This document shows positions 10,928 to 24,529 of a DNA stretch of 64,000 nt, piece after piece; positions within the stretch are counted from its first letter, which is position 1; each line of letters starts with the position of its first letter. The notes beneath the pieces are model-generated. The model worked only from the letters and a program-made list of their open reading frames with translations, was not told the origin of the DNA and ran no database searches. Source of the stretch: Podarcis bocagei (Eukaryota). A program made the translations under genes and the position numbers. Where the stretch lies: assembly GCA_964188305.1 (NCBI GenBank), contig OZ076888.1. One strand, 5' to 3'.

Positions 10928-12629
10928 TGTGCGGCCAGGAGTGTGGAGCTCCATCCTTGGTTCTGTCCAAACCATCTAAAGTATTTTGTTTTGTTGGAGT
11001 CATGTGTAGCATGTTAATTGAATTTTCTCTTTTTTAAACCAAGATTCTGAAAGGCCAGTTTCGTGGACTAAGTGAACTGCTAGGAGAGCAAACTTTCTAA
11101 TTGTAAAGAAAATCCAGGTCAGGGAAACAATGGACTGGCCTTAAGCACAAATAAAAATATACCTAATGGGAAAAGTTAGCCAGAGGTGAAGGTGGCAAAG
11201 CAACATGGTGGGTCCAGTAAGAAGGTAGAATTTGAATTATTCTGTATGTCATCTTCTTTGAACCAAAAACATTCAAATAACTGCATTCTGTGCATCTTCT
11301 AAATAAGGGAAGGTCACAGTTTTTCACTCAAATATCTTGCAGGATCCATTTAGGATCCATTTTCCCTTTTTAAATGCACTCCTTTTGCTGTCACACGTTT
11401 TGATCAATTTACAGTGCTTTAGATGGAAGATATCATTAATGAATGGAACTCTTATAAAGTACGCTGAGATTTTATGAATAAGCTGCCCCAGTGTGAATGA
11501 ATGACAGTCAATGCACTTAATGAGATGAGGTTGAAGTTCTGCACTAGTTCATTCATTGACATAGTGCCTGGGAAACAAACATTCATTTAAGATTAAAGAA
11601 AACACACACGCTCAGCAGGTTCACAGCTTAATCTTATAATTGTATTTAAGTTATCTTCTGAACAGTTAAAATATTTTTTCTTAAAAAAACCACACATTAC
11701 CATGACCCTAGCTCAAGTGAACATTAGTACGTTAGCTACACATCACCAGAACATAATCACAAAAATTCCAAAGCACTCATTACTTTTAGAATCTAGAGAA
11801 CAAAGAGAGCAGAGTTACAAATAAAAATAAGAGATCATGTGCTTTCTTTTTAACCTTCTGTGCCCACAGTTATCTGAGCTTCCTGCAGTTGCTAAAGGCA
11901 TGCACTGGTCTAGTGGGTGTTTGCTTTCAAAGGAGCAGCAAGCTGTTAAGAGAATAAATTGTCATAGGAGCCAATTCAATTTTGCCAGATTTTAAACTTG
12001 CAACCCCCACACTAACGTGCTGTACAAAAAGATATTAGAATTAGCAATTTATATTGTGAGCATTTCCTCTTGTATGGATCAACAGCTACGTTACTTTTCC
12101 CTACTCAACCTAAATTCATAATTTGGAAGTGAATTTTTTTGACCATCTATGACCATTTTAGTCCCAGAGAGATAAGGAGGAAAAAAAGCTCTGCTTTAAC
12201 CAGCAAAGGCAGCCAATAACATGGAGAAAATAAACATGGAGTATTGAGGAAATGGTCCTCTGTGCCTTTCTGCTAAAGCATCTGCTTTGGGCATCATAGA
12301 TTGGGCAGCGTGCACAATAATGATTTATGCATATTGGATTCCTGAGAATCCCAGCTTCCCTTTTTAAAAAAGCAAGTTTCTGGCCCTCATTATAGTGAAA
12401 ATACATTTGAAATCATGCAAGAACCATTGTGAAATGCTCAGGTCAAAACCTGAAGCTTTAGTTTCTTGAAGCCTACCCTTGCAACCTTGTTTCGCTCACA
12501 CTCATACAGCTTTTCACAACCCTCTTGCCTGTCTAAACTTCCATTGTCCATTTGCTCTTGTGCAAGTGCCCAAATGCAGAGTTCAGAAGAAAGCATGCAA
12601 ATCAATACAAATTAAGTGAATTTGGGTGT

Positions 12630-12670
12630 TTTACTGATTTGCATTGAACAGTGAATTTTAGTTTTTTAAT
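12630..12670 (-). terminator. Candidate polyadenylation signals ATTAAA (12670-12665) and AGTAAA (12635-12630)
   Basis: Two hexamers preceded by TGTA and followed by a U/GU-rich tract (ttaatttgtattgatttg); would give a ~4.1 kb UTR exon. Confidence 0.45.
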
Positions 12671-14873
12671 GTACACAAGTAGATCTACAGAACAGACAAC
12701 TACTTATACTTTCTCCAGAAAAGCTGAGTAGCGCTTTAGGGAAAGCATTTCTGCATCTAGAATGGTGTCTGTAGATCAGTGAATTTGCATGAGCTCTAGA
12801 GCCAAGTAATAATGGTTTCTTAATGGGGCTAACCGCATAGCTATGTTCCACTGTGAAGGTTATTGTTGATTTGTCAAAGGTCTACATCCTGAGCATACCT
12901 TGCATCACTGAAAGGTCACTAATTGTAAATCTCTGTACAATTACTGCCACTTTAGAAGACCTAAATTCGTGTGCTACAGCCCAATTGCATTTTGCAGACC
13001 AAAGATATAATGTATAACTATGCCCATGATATAGGATGCTGCAGTCCTGAAAAGAGCTCTGATTTTAACAAGCAGATTGAATCACAATTCTGAAGGGGAG
13101 CCTATAAATAAAGCATGGGCTGCACCCATGTTTTATTCCAGCAGCCATGTTATAAATCAGAAAGATGCAGAGGGTGACTTACAATACAGAAGTGTTGCTT
13201 CCAGAGCATGCAGTTCCCAGGATGCAGCATTTAAACCCAAGTGGAAACTGCCCAGGACATGATGGCCTAAAGTGAGAATTATGCTTCCACAACCAGTTGG
13301 CTCACTCTCAGCTGGATATGTGAGACTGATTTCAGAAAAAGGAGATTTACCCAGAAGTGCAGCTTGAGGAAAAATCCAAAAGGCTTCCTTCTTCAGGGAA
13401 ACCCCTCCCCCCCCAACCCCCCTAATTTGACCACTTGATTAAAGGAAGAGGAATGGATTAGGGCACAGCTCAGCATTGTTAAAATGCATCATATATGTAG
13501 GCCACTTAGGGACCATATATGTGCCTTGTGCCACCTAGAGTTTCCCCAATTCTTTCTTCCCGAATCCAGGAGAATTTGGGAAGGCATGCAAGCTGTATAA
13601 GCCTTTGTAACTAAAAACTACTGAATGTTCCTTCTACCCTCCTATATAGAATAGTTCCTTCCTGGTATGAAGCAACAGCAGAAAACAGCACACAAGTAGT
13701 CACTTCTTTTGATAACACTGTTAACTCCTAAACATGTCTGAGCATAGCATGGGAGGGAAAAGACCCCCAGGACCAGAAGACCTCATTTGGAGAGGTACCA
13801 ATCACATGAGTTCAAATTGGCAGATTCATATATGAACCCAGAGAAGGGGAACACACATATGTACCACTCTCCTTTTCTTTTATGAAGTCAAAATAGGTTT
13901 GTTGGCGGCAGCAGGGTCTCTCTCCCATCTTCTAATTTCAGAAGCAAGCATAAAGTCTTAAAATAGTCATCAAAAGGTCCAACTTGTTCAGAAGCCTAAT
14001 CAGGAACGGTGAAAGTGGCTTAGCGTTGCTGCAGGGGGGGTTCCTATGCTACGTATTCAGCTGGGTGCCCAGGCTGAGCTTATGTTATTTAAACTACTCA
14101 ATTGCTCTAGGGTTAGAAATGCACAGTTTTACAGCAAGGTTCTCTCCTATGGCTCAGAGCCAGTTGTGCGCTGCTTTTCCTTCTGTAAATACCTGCCTGT
14201 GGAGCTCTCCGCTCCACACCAGTGAAAGGCAAGGCCATTTGTGATTAGCAATTCCAAGTTAGCATTTCATTGCAAAGAAAGATATTAGGGCTCAGCCCCT
14301 CTTCAGAAACGTCATTAATATTCCCTTTTCAGCTTTCGCAGCAGATCCATTTGGAATTACCCATATCAAATTAACCCTTGAAATGTCCATGTACGGAGAT
14401 GCTTTAGAGCCTTTCTCTTCCAGTGAAGACCAAAGCCCTCCCCAAATGGTTGGAGATGCAGTAGGCTGAAGGCTGTAAACTTCATGCAACTTGAGTGGGG
14501 TAGAAGTTGGAGGGAGGAGGTCTTGCTTTTTGCAGTGGCCTTTCTCCATGCCAAGGCATGGTGGGCCCTCCTTCTATTGGAAAAGCACCATTTCAGCTTC
14601 TTCCTTGAAATGACTTAACAGGAAAAAACCTCATTACTTTCCCCTTGGTGACAGGTTTTATACATTAGAATTAATTCTCCAGTACCATGTTTGTTTGTTT
14701 TAAAGCCCCAAAGCAGTTAGGTGTGTTTGGGAACAACAGCAGGGAAGAGAAGGGTTATGACAATAAGGAAAGGCTGCACCAGAAATGACATTGTCTCTTA
14801 TCTGATCTCCAACTCCACATAACAGAAACAACCCCCCTATGTGCTTGACAGAGCCACCGCCAAAGACACTTCC

Positions 14874-14875
<2 letters not shown>

Positions 14876-14907
<32 letters not shown>
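14876..14907. repeat. (CA)n microsatellite in the BTRC 3'UTR
   Basis: ~16 uninterrupted CA units. Confidence 0.95.
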
Positions 14908-14909
<2 letters not shown>

Positions 14910-17517
14910 GAGAAAATACTGATCTCACAGCTCTGCCAGCGAGCAAGAGAAAATAACCTGTTGATGCTCCAGTTGTAGTGGATCTACAGTCCTGTTCCAC
15001 ACATTGTCAATACTGTACTACAAAGTATAAATGGAATCCGAGTAATAGTGATGAAACAGGGCTGGGGTGACAGTGAGCTTTCAAACATAATGAAGAACTA
15101 GCATGTGGCAATCTCTCTCTCGTTTTCCATCTTGCTTTGCAATTCAGTGTGCAAGGCAACCTTTTTTCATACTCTGAAGGATAGCACAGTTAAGGAAAGC
15201 CTTCTAGCTGCAGCTGTGACTTCCTTTGCCTTTGCTCAAAGAAACACTTAAAAAGAAAAGCAGACTATGCCTTTGGTGCTAATGCAGCCCTGGATGATAC
15301 GCAGGCTGAGAATCCATGGGTAAGGCAGAGCACTTGCACAAAACTCTCACTTTTGAACCAGAGTAGAGAACTACAGGACAGAACCAGCTGCCCGTTTATT
15401 CTTAGTTTCCACTGACTTTCTGAGCCCACTGTGGCAAATACCTAACTTCACTGTGGGGAAATTGCTACTCCCAAGTGAATGAAGAGGAGACAGGCCACAG
15501 AGGGGACCTGCTTAGCAGCATAAAAGTGAAGCTCTTTCCCCCTAACTTCCAAATTTAAATCTTGGCCAAAGAAGTTAACCCTTCCTTGTAGGAGACAAGC
15601 GTTATGCTAGTCCCACACAATGATAGGGAGTTATGCAGTACCACAGGACAGGTTTGCTTTTGGTCTTTTCTGTCCCTAGCTAAGACCCCTCCACTGTTCT
15701 CCTCTACTATTATCCCTTCCACCACAAAATGACCTTGCAGCTTACAGACTAAGATGTGGCGTCATCAGAATCTCCCGTTCTTTCAGGAGTTCCCTTCCAA
15801 CAGAGTATGGCAACAAAGCACAAATGCCAGCCAACGAATAATGACACAATCAGGTTAACAGGAAAAGCCTGAAGTCTTCGCTGAGTGCTGAGGGAATAGG
15901 GTGGTTGCTACTGTTGATACCATACTCTTCTTCCGGGGGGGGGGGCGAGGAGCAGAGGTGCAATAGTGCACCATGTGGGGAGGGAAGGAAGAACATGGAA
16001 ATATATTCATATACTTTGACAGCAGAAATACTGCCCATCACCAATGCTGTCACCAGTAAGTCTCACCTCTTAAGTAAATTAGACTTTGGCAGAAGAAAGC
16101 TTCACCTTTCATTTACTGGCATCTGCCGGATGAAGATTTTAGACAAGTGACTAACTGCAGAGGGCTTAGCTGAAATTATTTAGACTTCATCATTATCTCC
16201 TGACTGGTTTCTGGCCACCGGGGCCTTCATTTGGCATCAAGTTGGCCTTCCTTTAAAGTCCAAGGCCCATCTACAAAAAAGTAGATGCGCCCATATCACA
16301 AGTCCCCAAAGGTAGAGGCATCAGCCTGCTGTTCCCCACCTACCAACACATCACGAGGTGATTCTCCCATGGGAACGAATGGTGGCAAGGATTTTTCTGC
16401 TTAAGAGCGAAGCAAGAAATTCTGGCAACATGTTAAATATATTTATAGGACATCTGCACTCAGGACAAGAAAGGAGATGGGAGGGAGAAGTGTGTGAAGA
16501 GGGGAGGTATAACACATCAGTCATTCAGGAAAGATAAAAGGAATCTTCTGATATAGCAGCACTTGAGCAGTCAGCTGCGCTGAGAAGACCTTGTCCGAGA
16601 TCAACCACGCGCTGACTTGGTTCCAGAAGTGTGTCTGAGAGCCTCTCTCTCCAGTTATATCTGTTATGTGGATAATTCTTTTGCCCTGGCATTGGCAGGT
16701 AATTTAAATATCGCAGCTTAAATGAGTCCTAGGAAAGAAAAGACAAGAACTATTTGTCATCCACATTTTTGCTAGTGAAATTTTATAAACCATCAAAAGA
16801 TGATTATAGGCAATCTAGATTTTTCAAAATGGATACATCTTTGTTGGGGTGTGTGTGTGAACCCTCAGCCTGTGTATGTGATCTGTTTCCCAAGTTATTG
16901 TTAACGTTCAGGTGGTGGTGGCGGCAAGGAGGGAAAACCCAAATTATGTTGGGGAGAGACCGTGACAGCACCTCCACATTGTTTCTGTTGCAGGTGGCAG
17001 TAGTGCTGAGAAGTGGCAAGGGGCTGATTGGAGTGCCCAGGAAACTGGATGGAGCACTCTGATGTTTCAAAAGTACGGGTGACGGCTGAGCACTTGAGGA
17101 ACACAACATTCCTTCCTGTTTCCTGATCACTTGTTTCTGATCCTTGGCTGAGGTAGGAAAACTGCACCTCCCAGGTAGAGTGCTAGAGTAAGAAGTGGTT
17201 ATTCATTACAAACTTCAGTTTCATTCTCTCCTCAGCTTGTGCTCATTTAAATTAATTCATTCTTGGTCCACTGCAGTTACAGGGCCATTTCTTCCTAATG
17301 CTCCTACAGGCAAGGAAGTTCTGAGAAGCCAAAGGACAGAACCACCCTTGTCACCCTCCTTCCCTTTATCTGCAGTGGCTTTCAGTAATACTCTCAGTTA
17401 AGGAACCAGCAAAACCTCCATTCACAAATCATGTCTATCCACCATGCAGCCTACCTGCTGCATTAACGTGTTGTTGTTGTTTTACCTGTGCAAGTGTGAG
17501 GTACAGTGTAGTGCTAT

Positions 17518-17679
17518 TTATCTGGAGATGTAAGTGTATGTTCTGGAAGGGGAGCGGTTAGATTCTGCTTGGGTAGCTGGATCATTCAGGAAGTCCCAGA
17601 TGAGGATGGTATCATCATGCGAGCTGCTAACTATTTGAAATTCGTCAAACTGGAGCCGGAAAACTCTGCCGGAGTGCTC
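17518..17679 (-). CDS. BTRC: BTRC last coding exon: WD7 and C-terminus, [53 protein letters not shown]
   Basis: 162 nt including TAA at 17520-17518; the exon continues 32 nt to a CAG|gtaaa donor ending at 17486. Confidence 0.97.
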   Translation of the reverse strand, partial: EHSGRVFRLQFDEFQIVSSSHDDTILIWDFLNDPATQAESNRSPSRTYTYISR

Positions 17680-17879
17680 CTGGATGGGGAAAGGGAGACA
17701 AGTCAAATTCAGAAGCATTAAGGGTTGCTGTGATCTTAGCACTGTATGTTTCTGATTGCAGAAATGTGAGGTTTTAATACAGAAGTATTCACCTCCTCCT
17801 AAAGAACCAACTGCACAAACAAGCAGTCCTTTCATGACCTAACAAACAAAAAAATCAGGAAAAGGTTTGCACTCATGTT

Positions 17880-18062
17880 CAACCTCTAAATACCAGAAGC
17901 TGGGAATACTTGATGGAGGAGGGCACTTAGAAAAGTTAGTTGTTGCTTTCCCCCCCATTTGTGGCCATTCTAGTCCAATCTGGCTGGCCACTGGTGAAAA
18001 CAGGATGCTGGACTAGACAAATCCTTGTTCTGATCCAACAGAGCATTTCTTACTCTCTTATG
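17880..18062 (+). mobile_element. Old CR1 3'-end fragment
   Basis: ctggccactg..aacaggatgctggactaga..tgatccaacag..ttctta..cttatg terminal pattern. Confidence 0.6.
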
Positions 18063-18931
18063 TGAAATGAGTATTTATTATGCGGCCTTTCCTCTTATCA
18101 TCTGGAAATTGAGAATAAAACGGCACACAGTATGCTGCATTCATTGCAGAGACAGGTTTAATTTTAGATCCTGAGGAGATGCAGCAAAACAGCAAATGTT
18201 ACATTTCCCCAGTTTGCAAGCACCTAAAACTTGCCTGTTTCTGCTCACCCTTTTGAAGGTAAGAGTATCAGACACAACTTTAATGAGGCAGTGAAATCTT
18301 AGGGTTTGTTTACAGTGGTGGTTTAGCCACGAGCAGCAGGATTCACAAGTCAGTCTCAGCTGAAGTGTGAACATAGTCACTCAGGGGTAATGAGCACTGA
18401 CTCCCCCAGCACCTCATTAAGGCTTAATGAATTCTACACCACTTCATATATTTGGTCCTCTAGGATCAGAACAACGAAACAAGGTGGCTGCTTTTTCACT
18501 TATCCTCTGGGTCCTATGTTCTCTATAAAGCAGCACAACTGTATATATCAGGCAGAAGGAGTTGAGCTGGCCTATACCGTGTGAATTAGTTTGGAAAAAG
18601 CACAACTGCATTGCTACAACAATGGACACATCTGCCACAGAGCAGACAAGCTCAATGCCACCATTAGAGTCTTTGTATTCTGCTTATTCTCCACTTTAAG
18701 GTATAGTTTTAAGGCAAGGCAAATTCAAGACAAACCTATATTAGGACTTCTTTTGCATACGATGCAGGCTTACAAAAAGCAGCATTCTTTAATGGATTAG
18801 ATTTGGTGGCATGGCTAAGGAGGAGCATATTTTAGTCTAACTCTCATTTGACAATCCAGGTGAAGTTTTATTATGTATTAATACTGGGTAAATATATTCC
18901 CTCCCACCCGAGATCAATCAAAAGCTCTTAC

Positions 18932-19010
18932 CACAAGAGTGCGCAGGCAGAGGGTTCCAGCAGGGGCACGAGGGTCCAGGGCAGCTACCAGATCCCACAC
19001 CTTAATTTTC
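18932..19010 (-). CDS. BTRC: BTRC coding exon: [26 protein letters not shown]
   Basis: 79 nt, ccag acceptor and gtaag donor. Confidence 0.97.
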
Positions 19011-19844
19011 CTGGTGGCACGAAAAAGAAGAAAGAACCAGAGTTTCATTAAAAAGTAAGTGCAAGCACTACATTATATTAAAAAACCGAGTTATTAATCC
19101 ATCTCAGCTGATCAATCTATTTCATGGAGAAAAAAATAGATGTGCATCTGTTTTTGCAACTTGGCTTTGCTGTTTTCTCTTGTGTTGGCTGGAGGTAGTA
19201 TGGTTGATATGAAGATAACAGATCTTAATGGGAAGTGTATGGTTAACATAAAGATAAATTAAAACTAAAGAGGTGACATCAATTATAATGGAAGGAATGA
19301 TAAACGTTACACTGTATTGTACTGTGACATGACTTCAGTAATAGTAATAACATGTATAATTTGGTGAATCCAAGTAGTGTTTACCTCACCAAGCATGTCT
19401 TTTATTTTAGGTCCTGTTAATGGGACTTTTATAAGCAAATTCTATCTTCCACTTATCCAAATGAGGCCAGCAGGAAAGCAAATTTGATTGCTACTATAAG
19501 TGGTTGTCTGCAGAACCTGCAATGTATTTTAATATTTCCTCCTTTAAATACTACTAGTATCTGTTCTTCTTGCATTTTATATTTGTAATGCTGAATGGGG
19601 AAAATTGATTCTCTCTTTCTTCTGAAAATCCAAATTGCAAACAGGTTACTTGCTCAGTGAAGCACTGGATCTGTCAGAGTAAGGCATTTCTAATTTTCTA
19701 GCCTTCAGGGTAACAGTCAGTTTGGGGTGGGTGGGAGAGAGACTAGACATCTCTATTTCATCTCTAAATTTGTAAACTGCTCTGTGATCCTTGGATGAAA
19801 GGCAGGATAGAAATTTAATTAATAAATTAATAATAAATTCTCAC

Positions 19845-19955
19845 CCATCATAGGCTCCACTGACTATCCTCTTGGTATCAAAGCGAATACATCTCACCAG
19901 CTCTTCATGGCCTTCCAGAACTCGCAAACATGCCCCACATTCAATGTCCCATAAC
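19845..19955 (-). CDS. BTRC: BTRC coding exon: WD6, [36 protein letters not shown](G)
   Basis: 111 nt, ttctag acceptor and gtgag donor. Confidence 0.97.
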
Positions 19956-22900
19956 CTAGAAGACAAGGCAAACAATCATTATGCAATTGCCATAGAAAAA
20001 TGTTTTGGAAATACAAATTGCAAATCGAACCTGCCTATTTATCCAGGAAGGGGAGAACTCTGAAGAATCTCCCAATTTCTTCCTAAATTCACATTTTGTA
20101 TCTAGAAAATTACAAATTTCAATGTGAAACTCTACTGTTTTCATTTCCAATACTGTACATTTATGAGTAGTAGTGTTATTTCTGAATTACTGCCTGAAAG
20201 TTGTTTGGGCTACATAAGAGACAACAAATTATAGATAGCATGGAGATAGGGGCCCGTGTCAACTTGAAGAGACAAGATTGCTTGTTGCAGAAAAAATGAA
20301 ATCCTTCCTGTGACCTGGCTTTGCTATAGAAGAAAATCAGGTGGTTACCAGAAACGTATTTCCTTCACATTGCATCTGAAATATTAGCTTCTTAGAAAAA
20401 ACCTGCCACTTCTCAACACATCTTGGTAACCTCTGAAAACAGTTTACCAAAATGCACTAAATATGGGTATTTGTTAGGAGACTGTCACGACTGTTTAAAG
20501 TGCTATCATAGTGCCCTAAATGTGAATGTGGCATAACTATTACACATGTGCCTCTCTACTGCTGTAACATCTAGCTTAACCCATAGGCAGCTGTTTTTTC
20601 CTTCTGATTAAACAGGAAATGCCTCAGTCAATTAAAGCATGTTTCACATTACACTGACAAAGTGGTTGCTAACAGAAGGTGAAAAATGTCCTTGCTTTTC
20701 TGTGTGGAAAGAGCACATGATATAGGCAAATTTAAACAGTGTCACCCCCTATCACCTCCAAAAGAAAACTGCACAATAATTTGTGAAGCCATGCTGGGTC
20801 CTATGCTTGTTCATCCGAGTTACAATTAAATAGGAATGACAATATCACAATAGGTTTCCCACCTATTGGTTACAGTTGCTATTTGAAATAATCCTACTTC
20901 ATTCCACAGTGTCGATGCTAAACCTTTTGTGATTACCCACTGACCAAATGGGAATTGCTGCACAGAACACAAAAGACAGTTTGTGCGCAAGTGGTTTACA
21001 CTCTACACTGAAAATACAGGAGAGGAGGATGGGAGAAACAGCCACCCCAAGCCAGTTTTGAAAACTGATCTTTGGGAACTTGTTGGCCAACTGTGCACCT
21101 AACCTGCATTCTGCTGAGATATGTTGCCAACCACTGCAAAAATTCCAGCACAAGGATTTTATTCAGTGTAAGCATAAAAGTAATTGTATTCCTCTTTAAA
21201 TTTATTACCATATTGACATTTATATTTGTTGGTTATTACTGTGTGTAGTATTTGTGGTTACTTTTCCAAGCTCTGCAGAGTTTAACTATTTCCTGTTTGG
21301 ATTACTGTCGATGTTTGTGCCTTCCGAATTGTATGCTTTTTAGATTGTCTTTGATGTTGCTATTTCTTATGGAAGCGGTGGACAGTAGAGTGCTGGATCC
21401 AAGTTTAAACTCATTTAAACTCAAATTTTTCTCAAAACACGGTTTGTCTTATCTTTTGTTTAGCCATACCATGAAGGCACCCCCAACCCCCCCCCCAAAT
21501 GTATGTGTGCCCTGGTTTTTCCCCTCAAGCAAAGCCATGGTGTTATTTGCAAATCTTTTGATCTTTACAAGGCGTTAAATAGAATGCAGCTGTTGAGTGA
21601 AGGTGATAATTGGTTAATGGCTTCAACTGTCCCCTTACAATTCCGCATGTCTCTCATTTAAATCGTCTGCTGCAGTACCCTGACTTGTTTGTTTTCATTA
21701 CTCATGTTATTGCAATTACCTTCAGTAACTAGCTTTCTCTAAAAGCTACACTAGTCAATTACCAGCCTCTTAAGTCCCTTAATGAAAGGAATTGTTTCTT
21801 TGTTTTGTATCTTTATTTGGACACACAGTGATTCCATACATTTGACCTTGGACCCGGAGAATTATGCACAACGGATGAGGAAAGATGATACCATTAATTT
21901 GAGTGAGCTCTGTTGGTCTGATTAAGAAGGATCCTTTACCCGTTTTTTAATATCTGCACACTCCCTATACTCCCTGTATAGCTTTAGGAGTATGGCAACT
22001 TTTGTCTTGCTTGAATTGTTGCTGAGGACAATTTAAAAAGCAGATTGTCAATGCACTGTCCATGTGAGTCGGTGCTCAAACTGCTATGACCAAAGCTTTC
22101 GATTAAAAAAAATGAGGATTGGGCTGACACTTTATTTCTTGCAGGAAAGAAGAGCACATGAACGGAAGAAACCCTTTAAGCAAGTGCACAAATATTTGCA
22201 TTGACAAGATGATTGAACCATGAAACAGCTCATGGCTATAGAGGCAACTCATCACCATAGTTGACAAAAACAACAACTTGTATAGCTTTAAATGAGTAAG
22301 GATGAGGTCCATAGAAGAGTACAGGAAGACAGTACTTCCTACTCAATTCTGACCAATCAATGGCTTTCAATGATATTATTATACTTTGCCCTCTAAAAAC
22401 TGTCAAATTTCATCCAACGCAAAAATACACAGTTCATTGTATTACGGGATGGATCACTGCTTGGAACATTTCCAACCAAGGGACAGCAAGCAGACTCCAT
22501 GAGTCCAGGCCACCTGTTACAAATGGTGCCTGAGGCTAAGCACCATGAGAAAAACTTGGTTGGCAAAACCCCAGCACTGTTTGGGGGTTGGATTAAAAAC
22601 CTCTTGTTGCAAATCCAACTCTTCTAATCAGAGACACAAGCCATAAAGGGGAGCAGCCTTTATAACAGTCCATGCCAGTGCTTTCACATACTACATTTTG
22701 AGAAGTTAAACAATTATTACTGTTTGCTGTTAGCTCTTGCAGAATACAAAAATCTAAATAGCAGCTGTGTTAAAAAAGGAGATAAATATTTATGCAAAAT
22801 TAAACTATATGTAGTACTATTAATGGATTATCTTTGCTCATTGATGATTTGAAAGCTTTAAACTCTGGAAAACTGAGGCAACGACAAAAGCTTTTCCTTC

Positions 22901-23807
22901 TTACAGAAGCATTTTAGAACACACGTTTTACTCTGCTGTCAGGGCTGTGGCCATTTTAAGAATACATGGAATAGAGTGCAGACTTTTGATTTTTGAAAAT
23001 TCTACAAAGCTGAGTAATTTCTATTCCTGGTGGCTGCTCTTTCTAAGATTTCCTTGGCAAGACTTCAAATATTTAATTCAGCTGTATTATGTGAATTAAA
23101 TAAATATATATATATTGAATTCATTTTGAACTCAGATGTTTGGTGGATCTTGACATTTCTAGGTATATGGCACCCCCTGCCTTTTTAAAACCTTAAAACA
23201 ACGAGGCCTGGTTTACATGCACCACAGAGTAAAGTGGTATAATCCTGAAGAGCTAGTGTGAGCCACATCACTTCAAACAGCAGGTGAGGGATACCTGTCT
23301 TGAATGCTCCCCTACATTTAACCAAAAATAATAATGAACCATCTTCCCCCAATTTTATTTTATTTTTTTAAAAAAAACAGGACAAAGGCACTGGAACAGG
23401 CCTCTATCTGCTATACTAGTTTGTTTGTTTTTAAAAGGAAAAAGCTTATTGTGTTTTGTATGCGGGGGAGAATTCAGAAGTGCAATCCTTTACGTGCAAT
23501 CAGAAGCAGTACAATCTCAGTTTAATAAGTAGAGGGCACGTGGATGTGCTTTACAATTGCATTACAATTGCATGCAACATTAGTCTAATACTGACTGCTT
23601 CTTTTTAAACAATAAGGTGCTGGAGCAGGGCCTTTGGAGTGGGAACAGACAAGAACATGTTTAAGTACACCTTCACCACTGCTTTGTCTCACATTGGCAT
23701 TTTGTGAAAAAATGGCCATTTGAGAAGACTGCAAACACTGATGTGTAATGTGTGGTTTGGCTCTGAGAGAGGCAGCATGCTGTTCAGGTAACTGCTGTGT
23801 TTCTTAC

Positions 23808-23926
23808 CTGATTGTATTATCTGATGAACCACTCACTACTAGTCTGTCTCTGTACTGTAGACATGCAATACCTCGCTTGTGGCCATTCAACGTACGCACA
23901 AACTCACAGGTACTTGTGTTCCAGAC
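23808..23926 (-). CDS. BTRC: BTRC coding exon: WD5, [39 protein letters not shown](R)
   Basis: 119 nt, ttacag acceptor and gtaag donor. Confidence 0.97.
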
Positions 23927-24003
23927 CTGTAAGAGAGACACAAGTACATATAGAAGGAAATAATGGACAGGGATGTTTATGAGAAAGTCACAGATTGTTG
24001 ATG

Positions 24004-24242
24004 GGAGACAGTGTGGTATGATGGTCTGAGTGTTGGATTAAAGACTAGGAGGCTCTGGATTCCCACTCAGGCATGAAACTAAAAGGATGGCCTTAAGCCA
24101 GTCACTCACCCTCTCAGCCCAATCTACACTAACAGCATGATGATGAGAATCAAAGTGTGTGTGAAGAAGGGAACCATGCCCCCCTGATGAAGGCAGTATA
24201 GGAAGGTAGTATAAACGTATTGCGAAAAAGAAATAAATAAAA
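24004..24242 (+). mobile_element. Squam3/MIR-like CORE SINE
   Basis: cagtgtggtatgatgg..agtgttgga head, gccagtcact..ctctcagcc core, (TAAA)n tail. Confidence 0.75.
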
Positions 24243-24279
24243 CAAATGTCCAATGTCATCATGACTTCATGGTTTGCAC

Positions 24280-24529
24280 CTTAATCGTTCTGTCCCCCGA
24301 TGCTGATACAATGTATTTGTCATCGAAGTCGACCACATTGACGGCTGCCCTGTGTCCAACCAGTACCCTTCGTAGTGTGATGTCTGTTGGGGAGGCCATG
24401 TCCCACACGGCAATGGACCGATCTTTGGAGCATGTCACCATCATGCCATTATTAAAACGTAGGTGCAGTACTGCTTCACAATGATGGATCAGGGTGTTCA
24501 GCATCTCACCCGTATTAACATCCCACACT
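24280..24529 (-). CDS. BTRC: BTRC coding exon: WD3-WD4, [25 protein letters not shown]...[10 protein letters not shown]
   Basis: 250 nt, ccag acceptor and gtgca donor; matches ORF 24259..24528. Confidence 0.97.

Larger units (their letters stand above)
12610..16728 (-). other. BTRC: BTRC terminal non-coding exon (long 3'UTR)
   Basis: Acceptor tttctttcctag|GACTCATTTAAG at 16728. The first ~310 nt resemble my recollection of the human BTRC last exon (GACCCATTAAAG..., CAGTGCTGCTATCAGAAGAT, TATAAATATATTT). The 3' end is tentative and inferred from ATTAAA/AGTAAA. Confidence 0.7.

Noticed and set aside
1-11000. Expected neighbour POLL or another protein-coding gene downstream of BTRC
   Set aside because: No DNA polymerase lambda-like or other recognisable peptide found in the ORF track or by eye
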